Shown here in pieces: positions 1-10,488 of a stretch of DNA of 64,000 nt; the stretch's first letter is position 1, and the number at the start of each line of letters is the position of its first letter. Source of the DNA: a candidate division WOR-3 bacterium. GTDB taxonomy: Bacteria > Hydrothermota > Tepidihabitantia > Tepidihabitantales > Tepidihabitantaceae. The stretch spans positions 1-64,000 of the forward strand of contig CBFGJV010000011.1 of the NCBI GenBank assembly GCA_965649205.1, written 5' to 3'. The position numbers and the translations under genes were made by a program. The notes below the pieces were generated by a model that saw nothing but the letters and a program-made list of their open reading frames with translations, had not been told where the DNA came from and made no database searches.

Positions 1-1
1 G

Positions 2-514
2 GCAGCAGCAAAACTGGAGTTAGATGCCGACCTGGTGGTTCTGGCTACAGCCATGGTTGCAGACCCGTATGGGGTGGAACTTGCCCGCAAGTTGAAAGTG
101 CAGGTAGGTGCTTCCGGGTTTCTGAGTGAGGCACATCCCAAGTTGAGACCGGTAGAAACGTTAGCCGGCGGCTTCTTTCTTGCCGGTACCTGTCAAGGCC
201 CCAAAGACGTATTCGAAACTGTGGTGCAGGCTTCTGCGGCTGCGGCCAAGGTGCTGGCTCTGTTCAGTCAGGACAAGCTTTATCACGAGCCGACCATTGC
301 TCAGGTGGATGAAGCGGTTTGCGTGGGATGCGGATATTGTGAGAAGACTTGTGCCTATTCTGCAGTGAAGGTGGACGAACGACGACGAATTGCGGTTGTG
401 AACCCGGCTTTGTGCGAAGGATGCGGTGCGTGTGCGGTGGCGTGTCCTTCTGGCGCCATGACGCACCGCAATTTTTCCAAGCGCAGTATTGTAGAGATGG
501 TAGAACAGGTGTAG
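2..514 (+). CDS. hdrA: HdrA-family heterodisulfide reductase subunit A, C-terminal part (5' truncated by window edge)
   Basis: Frame is open from base 2. Motifs GFLSEAHPKLRPVET, LAGTCQGPKD and two CxxCxxCxxxC ferredoxin motifs. Confidence 0.9.
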   Translation, partial: AAAKLELDADLVVLATAMVADPYGVELARKLKVQVGASGFLSEAHPKLRPVETLAGGFFLAGTCQGPKDVFETVVQASAAAAKVLALFSQDKLYHEPTIAQVDEAVCVGCGYCEKTCAYSAVKVDERRRIAVVNPALCEGCGACAVACPSGAMTHRNFSKRSIVEMVEQV

Positions 515-517
515 AGA

Positions 518-3500
518 ATGAGTTCTGATAATAAGCCACAAGTCGCGAAACCAGCCAGTTCAGATACGCCGACCGGTGCGGTGCTGGTGGTGGGTTCTGG
601 TATCGGTGGTATTCAGGCGTCACTGGAACTGGCTGACGCCGGTTTCAAGGTATATCTTCTGGATGAAGAAACGGCCATCGGTGGGGTGATGGCCGGCCTG
701 GATAAGACTTTTCCCACCAATGACTGCTCGATGTGCATCCTGGCGCCAAAGCTGGTGGGCACGGGAAGACATCAGAACATACAGCTTCTAAATTACTCAG
801 AGCTTGTTGCGCTGGAAGGTGAACCGGGCCGATTTCGTGCGCGTATCAGACACCGGCCCCGTTACGTGTTACTGGACAAATGTACCGGCTGTATGGATTG
901 CACCAAGGTGTGCCCGGTGCACGTGGTGGATGAGTACAATCAGAAGCTGTCTGAGCGCCGCGCCACCTACAAGCTTTATCCGCAGGCAATTCCGAATGCG
1001 GTGGCGATAGAAAAAAATGAGAAGCGGGCGCCATGTCGGCTTGCCTGTCCAGCGGGGGTGAACGCCCAGGGGTATGTGGCACTTATTGCCGAGCGCAAGT
1101 TCAAGGAAGCATACGACTTGGTGCGGGAGCGGCTGCCGTTTCCAGGTATTTGCGGACGGGTGTGTCATCATCCGTGTGAAACAGAGTGTAACCGCAAGGA
1201 GTTTGAAGGTGCGGTGGCTATAAGGACGCTCAAGCGATTTATTGCCGACCGGGCAATGGCTGAGAGTTCGCAAGAATCAGCCAAGCCAGACAAACCTGAA
1301 GAACGAGAGGAAAGAGTGGCAATTGTCGGTGCGGGGCCGGCTGGTTTGACCTGCGCTTTAGACCTGCGGAACAAGGGATACAAGGTCACAGTGTTTGAAG
1401 CGGCAGACAAGCCGGGTGGAATGATGCGGTACGGAATCCCGGCGTACCGGCTGCCGCGGGAAATTATTGATGCCGAGATTGCTGATATTCTGGATACAGG
1501 CGTGGAACTGAGAACTAATTCACCTATACGAACTCGGCAGGAACTGGACGGACTGCTGGCTGACGGATACAAAGCGGTATTTCTGAGTCTAGGTTGTCAG
1601 AAGAGTCGAAGTCTGAAGATACCGGGAATGGAGCTGGAAGGGGTTTATCTGGGCGTAGAGTATCTGCGGGCGGCAAGCGAGGGACGACCGTTGCCTACCG
1701 GGAAGAAAGTGGTGGTAATTGGTGGCGGTAATGTGGCAGTGGATGTAGCAATGACGGCGCGGCGGTGCGGAGCCGAAGATGTAACTATGGTGTGTCTGGA
1801 GTGCCGCGAAGAGATGCCGGCGTTTGAGTATGAGATTGAGGAAGCGCTGGCTGAGGGTATCCGGATAAACCCTTCCTGGGGACCACAGGCAATTCTGGGC
1901 AGAGATGGCAAGGTTACAGGTCTGGAAACAGTAGAGTGCATACGTGTGTTTGATGATGCAGGCAGGTTCAATCCGGAGTTCAATACCTGCAACACCGGGT
2001 TTGTGGCAGCGGATACAGTGATATTAGCCATCGGTCAGGCGGTGGATGCGGATGGGTTCGAAGGGTTTGAAAGGGGAGCAGGCGGTCTATTCAAGGCAGA
2101 TGAGCTGACGCTCGCTACCAATGTGCCGGGAGTGTTTGCCGGCGGAGATATAGTTTCCGGCCCGGCGTCGGTGATTGAAGCTGTGGCTGCCGGGCACGAA
2201 GCGGCAATATCCATTGACCGATATATCAGGGGAGAAGACCTGCACGCGGGGAGGGAGAAACCAAGGTATGAGCCGGCCTTGGCAGAGGAATCGGCCGCGG
2301 CCCGGGCAAGAATTGTCCGTCAGGAAAGAGCCAAGGAACGGGTAATTCCTGTTGACAAGCGTACGAGTTTCGTTCAGGAGATTGCGCTCGGCTTTGACGA
2401 GGAGACCGCGGTGGCTGAGGCAAAGCGTTGTCTTGCCTGCGGTATATGTTCTGAATGTATGCAGTGTGTGGCGGCTTGTGAGGCCAAGGCAATTGACCAT
2501 ACGATGAAGCCGACGGAAAGCGAAATTGAGGTCGGAGCTGTGGTGCTGGCCACTGGTTTCAAGGAGTACAAGCCGACAGGTGAATTCGGTTACGGCTACG
2601 GCCGTTATCCGAATGTGGTCACCAGTCTTGAGTTCGAGCGTATTCTGTCCGCTTCCGGGCCCTATGAGGGGCACGTGAGACGACCTTCGGATGGGAAACA
2701 GCCCAAGAAGATGGCTTGGATTCAGTGCGTAGGTTCGCGCAATCAGGAACACTACTATTGTTCTTCGGTCTGTTGTATGTTCGCCACCAAAGAGGCAGTG
2801 ATTGCCCGGGAACATTGTGGCGGCAACCTGGAATGCCATATTTACTTCATGGATATGCGTTGCTTCGGCAAGGATTTTGAGAAGTATTACGAACGAGCGC
2901 AGAAGGAGTACGGGGTGCAGTTCCGGCGGTGTAAGGTGAGCGCGGTGGAAAGAAAAGGCTCCCGGGGCGGAGAGGATGAGAATCTGCTTATCAGCTACGA
3001 AGACGAGAACGGTGTATTGCAACAGGAAGAATATGATATGGTGGTGGTATCCAGCGCGCTGGTGCCGAATCCGCGTGCCGTGGAACTCTGCCGGAAGTTG
3101 GGGGTTAGCGTAGACGAACAGGGTTTTGTCCGTACAGACCCGTTCCGGCCGATGATGACGGACCGGGAAGGTATCTTTGCCTGTGGAGCGATGACCGAGC
3201 CCAAGGATATTCCCGAAACTGTTACGGAGGCGACCGGCGTGGCGGCTGCGGTAGGTTCGATGCTGGCCCGTAGTCGCAATACGCTGGTTTCGGCCAAAGT
3301 TTATCCACCGCAGCGTGACGTATCGGCCGAAGAGCCGCGTATCGGTGTGTTCGTCTGTAACTGCGGTATTAATATCGGTGGCGTGGTCAATGTGGGAAAC
3401 GTGGTGGAGTATGCCCGGACTCTGCCGAATGTGGTGTATGCGGAAGAGAACCTGTTTACCTGTTCGCAGGACACCCAGCAGAAGATTCGCAAGGCAATTG

Positions 3501-5005
3501 AGGAGTATAGACTCAACCGGGTGGTGGTGGCGTCATGCACCCCCCGGACCCATGAACCATTGTTTCAAGAGACTCTTGCCGAGGCTGGTCTGAATCCGTA
3601 TCTGTTTACAATGGCAAATATCCGGGATCAATGCTCTTGGGTGCATATGCAACAGCCAGAAGAGGCGACGCGAAAGTCGCAGGAGCTGGTGAGAATGGCG
3701 GTGGCTAATGCACGGTTGCTACGACCACTGGAGTCATACCCGCAGCCGATAACCCAGCGGGGACTGGTTATCGGGGGCGGACTTGCGGGTATGACCGCGG
3801 CGCTGGCTATCGCTGAACAGGGATTTGAGGTATATCTGGTTGAACGCGAGGAGAGACTGGGCGGCAAGCTGCGGCGCATGCGCTACAATGAAACCGGCGA
3901 GGATATAACTGACTTTCTGGCCCGACTGGACAGGCAGGTACGGGAGAATCCACGCATCAAGCTTTTTACCTGGGCAGAGTTGGTTTCGGTATCAGGTTAT
4001 GTCGGGAATTACAAGACCAAAATCAAGTATCCGGGTGGCGAGACTGAGCTGGAGCATGGCATATTTGTGGTAGCTACCGGCGCAGAAGAGTACAGGCCGA
4101 CTGAGTATCTGTACGGCAGAGATGCACGAGTGAAGACACAGACCGAGCTGGAGGACATGGTGGCTGGTTCAAGCGATGAGTTGCGCAATGCCAAGTACAT
4201 AGTGATGATACAGTGTGTGGGCTCGCGTGAGCCCGACCGTCCCTGGTGTTCACGCGTTTGTTGCACGGAGGCGGTGAAGAATGCGTTGCGTATCAAGCAG
4301 CTCAACCCCAAGGCTAACGTGTACATCCTTTACCGCGATATGCGCACCTATGGTTTCAAGGAAGCGTTGTACCGGGATGCTCGGGCTGCGGGCGTGATGT
4401 TTATCAGGTTTGACCCGGAAAGCAAACCGGAAGTGGCACAACAGGATGGCAACTTGCACGTTTCAGTATACGACCCGGTACTCCAGCGCCGGTTGGGTAT
4501 CAATGCCGACCTGCTTGTGCTTTCGACCGGCGTAGTGCCGCCGAAAACAAATTCTGCTCTGGCGCAGTTACTCAAGGTGCCGCTGAATGAGGACGGATTC
4601 TTCCTCGAGGCGCATATGAAACTGAGGCCGGTGGATTTTACCACTCGGGGCGTTTTCATGGCCGGAATGTGTCATAGTCCACGTCGGATTCCTGAGACGG
4701 TGGCGCAGGCGTATGCGGCTGCGGCCCGGGCCTGTACAATTCTTTCCCATAGGGAGCTTTCCACGGAAGCGGTAGTGGCGCAGGTGAATCCGCGCTGGTG
4801 TGTGGGTTGTGGTGTGTGCGAGGAGACCTGCCAGTACGAGGCGGTGCGGGTGAGTCCCCAGACAGGTAAGGCAGAGGTAACAGCAGTGTTGTGTCAGGGT
4901 TGCGGTGCGTGTGCCGCGGCTTGTCCTTCCGAGGCAATCAAGCTTAAGGGATTTGAGGCAAAGAATGTGATTTCGATGGTGGACGCGGCGTTACAGGAGG
5001 TCTGA
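518..5005 (+). CDS. hdrA: Large HdrA/HdrL-type protein: HdrA module with an inserted GltD/NfnB-like pyridine nucleotide oxidoreductase domain, plus a second HdrA module
   Basis: GSGIGG and DKTFPTNDCSMC; GltD-like CRLACP..CGRVCHHPCETEC, GAGPAG, GGGNVA; two QCVGSR motifs; CTPRTHEPLF; terminal 2x[4Fe-4S]. Confidence 0.92.
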   Translation: MSSDNKPQVAKPASSDTPTGAVLVVGSGIGGIQASLELADAGFKVYLLDEETAIGGVMAGLDKTFPTNDCSMCILAPKLVGTGRHQNIQLLNYSELVALEGEPGRFRARIRHRPRYVLLDKCTGCMDCTKVCPVHVVDEYNQKLSERRATYKLYPQAIPNAVAIEKNEKRAPCRLACPAGVNAQGYVALIAERKFKEAYDLVRERLPFPGICGRVCHHPCETECNRKEFEGAVAIRTLKRFIADRAMAESSQESAKPDKPEEREERVAIVGAGPAGLTCALDLRNKGYKVTVFEAADKPGGMMRYGIPAYRLPREIIDAEIADILDTGVELRTNSPIRTRQELDGLLADGYKAVFLSLGCQKSRSLKIPGMELEGVYLGVEYLRAASEGRPLPTGKKVVVIGGGNVAVDVAMTARRCGAEDVTMVCLECREEMPAFEYEIEEALAEGIRINPSWGPQAILGRDGKVTGLETVECIRVFDDAGRFNPEFNTCNTGFVAADTVILAIGQAVDADGFEGFERGAGGLFKADELTLATNVPGVFAGGDIVSGPASVIEAVAAGHEAAISIDRYIRGEDLHAGREKPRYEPALAEESAAARARIVRQERAKERVIPVDKRTSFVQEIALGFDEETAVAEAKRCLACGICSECMQCVAACEAKAIDHTMKPTESEIEVGAVVLATGFKEYKPTGEFGYGYGRYPNVVTSLEFERILSASGPYEGHVRRPSDGKQPKKMAWIQCVGSRNQEHYYCSSVCCMFATKEAVIAREHCGGNLECHIYFMDMRCFGKDFEKYYERAQKEYGVQFRRCKVSAVERKGSRGGEDENLLISYEDENGVLQQEEYDMVVVSSALVPNPRAVELCRKLGVSVDEQGFVRTDPFRPMMTDREGIFACGAMTEPKDIPETVTEATGVAAAVGSMLARSRNTLVSAKVYPPQRDVSAEEPRIGVFVCNCGINIGGVVNVGNVVEYARTLPNVVYAEENLFTCSQDTQQKIRKAIEEYRLNRVVVASCTPRTHEPLFQETLAEAGLNPYLFTMANIRDQCSWVHMQQPEEATRKSQELVRMAVANARLLRPLESYPQPITQRGLVIGGGLAGMTAALAIAEQGFEVYLVEREERLGGKLRRMRYNETGEDITDFLARLDRQVRENPRIKLFTWAELVSVSGYVGNYKTKIKYPGGETELEHGIFVVATGAEEYRPTEYLYGRDARVKTQTELEDMVAGSSDELRNAKYIVMIQCVGSREPDRPWCSRVCCTEAVKNALRIKQLNPKANVYILYRDMRTYGFKEALYRDARAAGVMFIRFDPESKPEVAQQDGNLHVSVYDPVLQRRLGINADLLVLSTGVVPPKTNSALAQLLKVPLNEDGFFLEAHMKLRPVDFTTRGVFMAGMCHSPRRIPETVAQAYAAAARACTILSHRELSTEAVVAQVNPRWCVGCGVCEETCQYEAVRVSPQTGKAEVTAVLCQGCGACAAACPSEAIKLKGFEAKNVISMVDAALQEV

Positions 5006-5006
5006 C

Positions 5007-5447
5007 ATGTCTGACCTGACTGATCGGTCTGATTTTGAGCCTAAGATCGTGGGTTTCCTATGTAACTGGTGCACTTATGCCGGAGCAGACCTGGCTGGCA
5101 CTTCGCGAATGCAGTATCCGCCGAATATGCGGCCAATAAGGGTGATGTGTTCAGGCTCGGTTGATTCGGTGTATATCCTGCGTGCGCTCCTTGCCGGTGC
5201 AGATGGCGTTTTCCTCGGCGGCTGTCATCCGGGGGACTGTCACTATGTTTCGGGCAACTATAAGGCCCGAAGAAGAATGGTGCTGTTTCGGTCTATTATG
5301 CGGTCACTTGGCCTGGATGAAGACCGGGTTTGGCTACGTTGGATTTCTGCAGCGGAGGGCAGGAAGTTCGCCGATACGATGACCGAAATAACCGAGTATC
5401 TGAAGAAGAAGGGGCCGAGTCCGTTTCGTAGTCAGTGGGATGTGTAG
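5007..5447 (+). CDS. mvhD: MvhD-like [2Fe-2S] subunit
   Basis: FLCNWCTYAGADLAG, RVMCSG, GCHPGDCHY, WISAAEG. Confidence 0.95.
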   Translation: MSDLTDRSDFEPKIVGFLCNWCTYAGADLAGTSRMQYPPNMRPIRVMCSGSVDSVYILRALLAGADGVFLGGCHPGDCHYVSGNYKARRRMVLFRSIMRSLGLDEDRVWLRWISAAEGRKFADTMTEITEYLKKKGPSPFRSQWDV

Positions 5448-5448
5448 C

Positions 5449-6585
5449 ATGGCAATGACTGATTATCATAGTGGTTTTTTGAAAGTTCAGAACCAGAATC
5501 CGGAGGAAACGTTACGCCAGGTGTTCGCCAGATGGTTGCGAGAGCACAAGCTGACGGCGATTCTGGCGCCGGCGCTTTCTTCTGCTGGCAGCGCAACATT
5601 GGCGCTTGTGTCTGAACCAGAGAAACTTGCGAGCGTGATGCCGCTGCAGCCGGCTATGGCGGTCAATGCGGCGTCGGTGGTGCACCAAATTGCCGGAGGT
5701 TCAGGCGCTGGCGAGACGGTGGGAGTACTGTTGCGTTCGTGCGAGCTGCGGGCGGTGGTGGAACTGGTGAAGCTCAGGCAGATATTGACTGACAATTTGG
5801 TGCTCATTGGTATTGACTGTCCCGGCACGTACCGAGCAGCAGGTTTCAGGGAACTACGTCGGGACGATGCAGACTTTGACAACAAACACGTGCGTAACCA
5901 GCAGGAATATGTGTCCAATGTGAACTTCCGCACCGCTTGCCAGATGTGCGAGTTTGCCAAGCCTCTAACCTTTGATTTGTGTATTGGTTGGCTGGGTATG
6001 GATCCAGACAAGGAGTTGTTTTTCGAGGCTGCAACTGAGAAGGGCAAGGGGTTGCTTGAGCATCTGGAATTGAGCATGGCAGCAGAGCCCGAGGCAAGAA
6101 AGCAATATCTGGCCGAACACGCAAGGAAACGGAAGGAGCGGACAAAGGAACGCATAGAGCAGATGGACAGGCAGATGATGGGAGCGGAGAATCTCGTGCG
6201 CTATTTCGCTGCCTGCCTGAATTGCCACAACTGTATGAAGGTGTGTCCGGTCTGTTACTGTCATGAATGTTTCTTTGATTCCGATACTTTCAAGCGTGAC
6301 TTGGATGAACACGTGCGGGTTTCCAAGCGGAAAGGGTTGAGCCGAATGCCCTCGGAAACGCTACTATTCCATTTAACCAGAATGAATCATATGATGACTT
6401 CTTGCGTTGCCTGCGGAATATGTGAGGACTCTTGCCCGGTGACTATCGGGCTCGCAACTCTGTTTAAGAAGGTATCCCAAAATGCACAGCAGGAGTTTGA
6501 CTATTTGGCTGGTCGTAGTCTGGAAGAACCGTTGCCGCTGACTACGTTTCGGGAAGATGAGTTCAAAAGGGTAGGAGAAGAGTAA
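5449..6585 (+). CDS. FdhB/FrhB-like 4Fe-4S dicluster protein
   Basis: LRSCELRA, IGIDCPG, RTACQMC, CLNCHNCMKVCPVCYCHEC, CVACGICEDSCP. Start taken at ATG 5449, just after the mvhD stop. Confidence 0.8.
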   Translation: MAMTDYHSGFLKVQNQNPEETLRQVFARWLREHKLTAILAPALSSAGSATLALVSEPEKLASVMPLQPAMAVNAASVVHQIAGGSGAGETVGVLLRSCELRAVVELVKLRQILTDNLVLIGIDCPGTYRAAGFRELRRDDADFDNKHVRNQQEYVSNVNFRTACQMCEFAKPLTFDLCIGWLGMDPDKELFFEAATEKGKGLLEHLELSMAAEPEARKQYLAEHARKRKERTKERIEQMDRQMMGAENLVRYFAACLNCHNCMKVCPVCYCHECFFDSDTFKRDLDEHVRVSKRKGLSRMPSETLLFHLTRMNHMMTSCVACGICEDSCPVTIGLATLFKKVSQNAQQEFDYLAGRSLEEPLPLTTFREDEFKRVGEE

Positions 6586-6588
6586 GAG

Positions 6589-7365
6589 ATGAAAACGGAA
6601 GCCAGCGGTCAAGTGCCAGCAGCCAAAGTCCCTACCAAGACAAAAACAGTTGAGGAGCTCCTGGTCAATAACCTGGATATGGATTTCCGGGACAGGCTGG
6701 TGGCAAAAGCGGGGGATGCGGGATTCATGCATTGCCTGGCGTGCGGGTCCTGTTCTGCTTCTTGTCCAGTACGCCGACTGGAGGAGAAATACAATCCTCG
6801 GCGTATCATTCGGATGGCAATAATGGGGATGAAGGAAGAGGTGTATGCTTCTGAGTTCACCTGGATATGTTCTTATCACTCAACCTGCCTGCGCCGGTGT
6901 CCGCAGGGTGTGAACATCGGTGCAATTGCAGATGCGGTGGTGCGTATCGCCGAGGAAGGACGCAGGGACCTAGTTGCAGGCTCGGAACATACCGCGTCCA
7001 CCGGCCAAGTGGTCATGCCAGATGAATCTGGTCGCGCGTTCAAGAAGAAGGTGATGAAGAATGTTCCTGAACTGGGCTGTTGCTTTGTCTGCGGTTCCTG
7101 CACCGCGGTATGCCCGGAGACATTGATGGACCCTAAAAAAGACCCGCGGGCATTCATTCGCAAAGTGAATTTGGGCCTTGCTCGGGAGGCAATGGCCGAT
7201 GAGTTCAAAGATATTTGCGCCACTCATTTTCGCTGTCTTTCCCGCTGTCCGCAGGGTGTAAATATAGCGAAGATAATGAACGCCATACGAGAACTGGCAG
7301 TTGAGGACGGCTATACATACCCAGAAACGCTTGCGGCGCTCGAACGCGCAGACAACAATGAATAA
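6589..7365 (+). CDS. hdrC: Tandem-duplicated HdrC-like Fe-S protein
   Basis: Two repeats, each CxxCGSCxxxCP ... (N/D)PR ... CxxHxxCxxRCPQGVNI. Confidence 0.8.
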   Translation: MKTEASGQVPAAKVPTKTKTVEELLVNNLDMDFRDRLVAKAGDAGFMHCLACGSCSASCPVRRLEEKYNPRRIIRMAIMGMKEEVYASEFTWICSYHSTCLRRCPQGVNIGAIADAVVRIAEEGRRDLVAGSEHTASTGQVVMPDESGRAFKKKVMKNVPELGCCFVCGSCTAVCPETLMDPKKDPRAFIRKVNLGLAREAMADEFKDICATHFRCLSRCPQGVNIAKIMNAIRELAVEDGYTYPETLAALERADNNE

Positions 7366-10300
7366 AACCCTGATGGTTGACCCGTTAAAGCCGGGACAGA
7401 AAAAGATAGGTGCAGTCCTGGTCGTCGGAGGCGGTATCGGCGGCGTGCAGGCGGCGCTGGATTTGGGAGATTCTGGATTCCGGGTGTATTTGATTGAGCG
7501 TCAGCCGGCTATTGGGGGCGTAATGGCGATGCTGGACAAGACTTTCCCCACGAACGACTGTTCGATGTGTATTCTGTCGCCCAAGCTGGTGGCTGCGGCC
7601 CGACATCCCAACATTGACCTGCTTACCCTGACTGAGGTTCTCAGCATTGAGGGACAACCGGGTGATTTTGCGGTACGACTGCTGAAACGTGCTCGTTTTG
7701 TCAACCTGGACAAGTGCACCGGCTGTGGTGATTGTCTGGCTAAGTGTCCGGTTAAGCTGCCCAACGAGTTTGAAGGCAAATTGTCAGAACGACGTGCTAT
7801 TTATCGGCTGTATGCGCAGGCCGTACCAAATGCTCCTATGATAGACCGGGAGTACTGCCTGAAGCTGACTAAGGACCGCTGCGGCGCATGTGCAAAAAAC
7901 TGCAAGGCCGGAGCGATTGATTATACCCAGCACGACACAGAAGTAACTGTCCGGGTTGGTGCGGTCGTGGTTGCTGCCGGCTCGGAAATTGCGTCGACCG
8001 CGCTGCGGCCGGAATACGGCTATGGGCGATACAAAAATGTGGTCACCAGTCTGGAGTTTGAACGCATTCTTTCAGCCTCTGGTCCTTATGGGGGTCACAT
8101 TCGACGTCCGGCCGATGGTAAGGAGCCGAAGAAAATTGCTTGGCTGCAGTGCGTGGGCTCGCGCGACGACTCGGTGGAGAAAGGTTACTGCTCCGCTATG
8201 TGCTGCATGTACGCGGTCAAAGAAGCAGTCATCGCCAAGGAGCACATGGCATCAATAGATCCGACGATTTTCTATATGGACATGCGTTCGTACGGCAAGG
8301 ACTTCGACAAGTACGTGGAGCGGGCCGAACAGCAATATGGGGTGAGGTTGGTTCGGGCGCGAGTGCCAGAGGTTCGGGAAGACCCGAAGACTAAGGATCT
8401 GTTTGTACGCTTTGCTGGAGATAACGGCCAGCAGTCGGAACGGTTCGATATGGTGGTGCTTTCGTGTGGCTTGGTACCGCCTTCTCGACTCCGAGAGCTT
8501 TCCCGAAAACTGGACATAGAGCTTGACCGGTTTGGTTTTGCCTCGGGTTCTCTGTGGGAGCCGGTGGGGACGACGCGGCCCGGTATCAGCGTAGCCGGCA
8601 GTTTTTCTCAGCCCATGGCGATACCGGAGACGGTTACTGGAGCGTCTGGCGCGGCGGCGACTGCGGAAAGTCTGCTGGCTGATGTGCGGGGTGCGCTGGT
8701 GGAAGCGCAGCCTTCGCCGGTTGAACTGGATGTCAGGGGTGAGCCACCGCGCATTGGTGCTTTCATCTGTCATTGTGGTGTCAACATTGGCGGGATTGTT
8801 AATGTGCCGTCGGTAGTGGAATATGCCAAGACCCTACCGTTTGTCGTATACGCCGAGGAGAATCTGTATTCCTGTTCCGGCGATACTCAGGAGAAGATAA
8901 AGGAACGCATCAAGGAGCACCGGCTGAACCGCGTGGTTGTAGCATCGTGCTCTCCGCGCACGCACGAGCCGTTATTCCAGGCCACCTGTGTCGAGGCCGG
9001 ACTGAATCCGCACCTGTTCACGATGGCAAATATCCGGGATCAGTGTTCTTGGGTGCATATGAAGGAGCCGGAAAAGGCGACGGAGAAGGCGAAGGAGCTG
9101 GTCAGGATGGCTGTGGCCCGGGCGGTGCGGCTGAGTCCGTTACCGCGGGTCAAACTTCCTGTTACCAAGTCAGCGCTGGTCGTAGGTGGTGGCATCGCCG
9201 GTATGGCTGCAGCGCGGGCAATTGCAGATGAGGGATTCGAGGTATGTCTGGTTGAAAGAGAAGCAGAGCTCGGCGGTAGTGCGCGGCAGATCTACAAGTC
9301 GGTTGGCGGCGAAAATGTACAGGCCGAGCTTGAGGAAATGAAGAAGCAAGTGAACTGGCACCCACGCATCAGGGTGCTTACCGGAGCACGGATCAAGAGT
9401 ATCGAAGGTTTTGTGGGAAACTACAAGACAACAATAGAGCTCGCCGATAAGTCCGAATTCTGCTACAGTCACGGCGTTGTGGTTGTTGCTACCGGCGCAC
9501 AGTATCGTACTCCGAGTGAGTATTGCTACGGAGAGAGTCCAAACATCATCACTCAGCGAGAACTGGAAAGACAACTGGCATTTCAGCGTACAAGTTTTTC
9601 TTCCGGTCGTGTGAAGGCCCGGTCAGTGGGCAATTCTGTGGTGATGATTCAGTGCGTGGGTTCCCGCGAACCCAATCGTCCCTATTGTTCGCGCATATGC
9701 TGCGCGGAAGCGGTCAAGAATGCAATTGAACTGAAAGAGCTGAATCCGGATACAGATGTGTATGTCCTTTACCGTGACATCAGAACCTACGGAATGCGCG
9801 AGGAATACTATCGCCAGGCACGTGAGTTAGGTGTGGTGTTCATTCGCTATACGCCGGAGAATAAACCTGAGGTCAGACTTGTTGACGGCAAGCCGATTGT
9901 GCTGACGTATGACCCGATTTTGGGCCAAAAGCTTGAACTCAGACCTGACTGGCTGGTACTGAGTACGGGTGTAGTGGCGCAAACCGGTTCAGAGGAATTG
10001 GCCAAGATGCTCAAGGTGCCATTGAATGCCGACGGGTTTTTCCTTGAGGCACATATGAAGCTCAGACCGGTGGATTTTGCAACCGAAGGCGTTTTCATGG
10101 CCGGGATGTGCCACTTTCCGAAGTTTATTGATGAATCCATTGCCCAAGCTAAAGCTGCTGCCGGCAGGGCGGCTACAGTGTTGGCACGCGAGTTTATTGA
10201 GTCTGAGGCAACGGTGGCACACGTTGACCAGACCCGTTGTACTGCTTGCCGGATGTGTGAAGCACTTTGCGCCTACCGTGCCATCGAAGTCCAAACCGTG

Positions 10301-10456
10301 AATGAAACATTTGGCATCCAGGCCGCAGTGGTCAACGAGGCACTCTGCAAGGGGTGCGGTGCATGCGTGGCCAGTTGTCGGTGCTCAGCTATCGACTTGC
10401 GGGGATTCACCAGCGAAACCATCAGTCGCGAAATAGCAGCTCTTCTCAGCTGCTGA
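7358..10456 (+). CDS. hdrA: HdrA-family protein (double HdrA module, no GltD insert)
   Basis: GGGIGG, DKTFPTNDCSMC, two QCVGSR motifs, FFLEAHMKLRPVDF, terminal ferredoxin. Paralog of 518..5005. ATG 7358 overlaps the hdrC end. Confidence 0.92.
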   Translation: MNKTLMVDPLKPGQKKIGAVLVVGGGIGGVQAALDLGDSGFRVYLIERQPAIGGVMAMLDKTFPTNDCSMCILSPKLVAAARHPNIDLLTLTEVLSIEGQPGDFAVRLLKRARFVNLDKCTGCGDCLAKCPVKLPNEFEGKLSERRAIYRLYAQAVPNAPMIDREYCLKLTKDRCGACAKNCKAGAIDYTQHDTEVTVRVGAVVVAAGSEIASTALRPEYGYGRYKNVVTSLEFERILSASGPYGGHIRRPADGKEPKKIAWLQCVGSRDDSVEKGYCSAMCCMYAVKEAVIAKEHMASIDPTIFYMDMRSYGKDFDKYVERAEQQYGVRLVRARVPEVREDPKTKDLFVRFAGDNGQQSERFDMVVLSCGLVPPSRLRELSRKLDIELDRFGFASGSLWEPVGTTRPGISVAGSFSQPMAIPETVTGASGAAATAESLLADVRGALVEAQPSPVELDVRGEPPRIGAFICHCGVNIGGIVNVPSVVEYAKTLPFVVYAEENLYSCSGDTQEKIKERIKEHRLNRVVVASCSPRTHEPLFQATCVEAGLNPHLFTMANIRDQCSWVHMKEPEKATEKAKELVRMAVARAVRLSPLPRVKLPVTKSALVVGGGIAGMAAARAIADEGFEVCLVEREAELGGSARQIYKSVGGENVQAELEEMKKQVNWHPRIRVLTGARIKSIEGFVGNYKTTIELADKSEFCYSHGVVVVATGAQYRTPSEYCYGESPNIITQRELERQLAFQRTSFSSGRVKARSVGNSVVMIQCVGSREPNRPYCSRICCAEAVKNAIELKELNPDTDVYVLYRDIRTYGMREEYYRQARELGVVFIRYTPENKPEVRLVDGKPIVLTYDPILGQKLELRPDWLVLSTGVVAQTGSEELAKMLKVPLNADGFFLEAHMKLRPVDFATEGVFMAGMCHFPKFIDESIAQAKAAAGRAATVLAREFIESEATVAHVDQTRCTACRMCEALCAYRAIEVQTVNETFGIQAAVVNEALCKGCGACVASCRCSAIDLRGFTSETISREIAALLSC

Positions 10457-10488
10457 GTTTCTGACACAACCGGGACACCCCACGTTCA

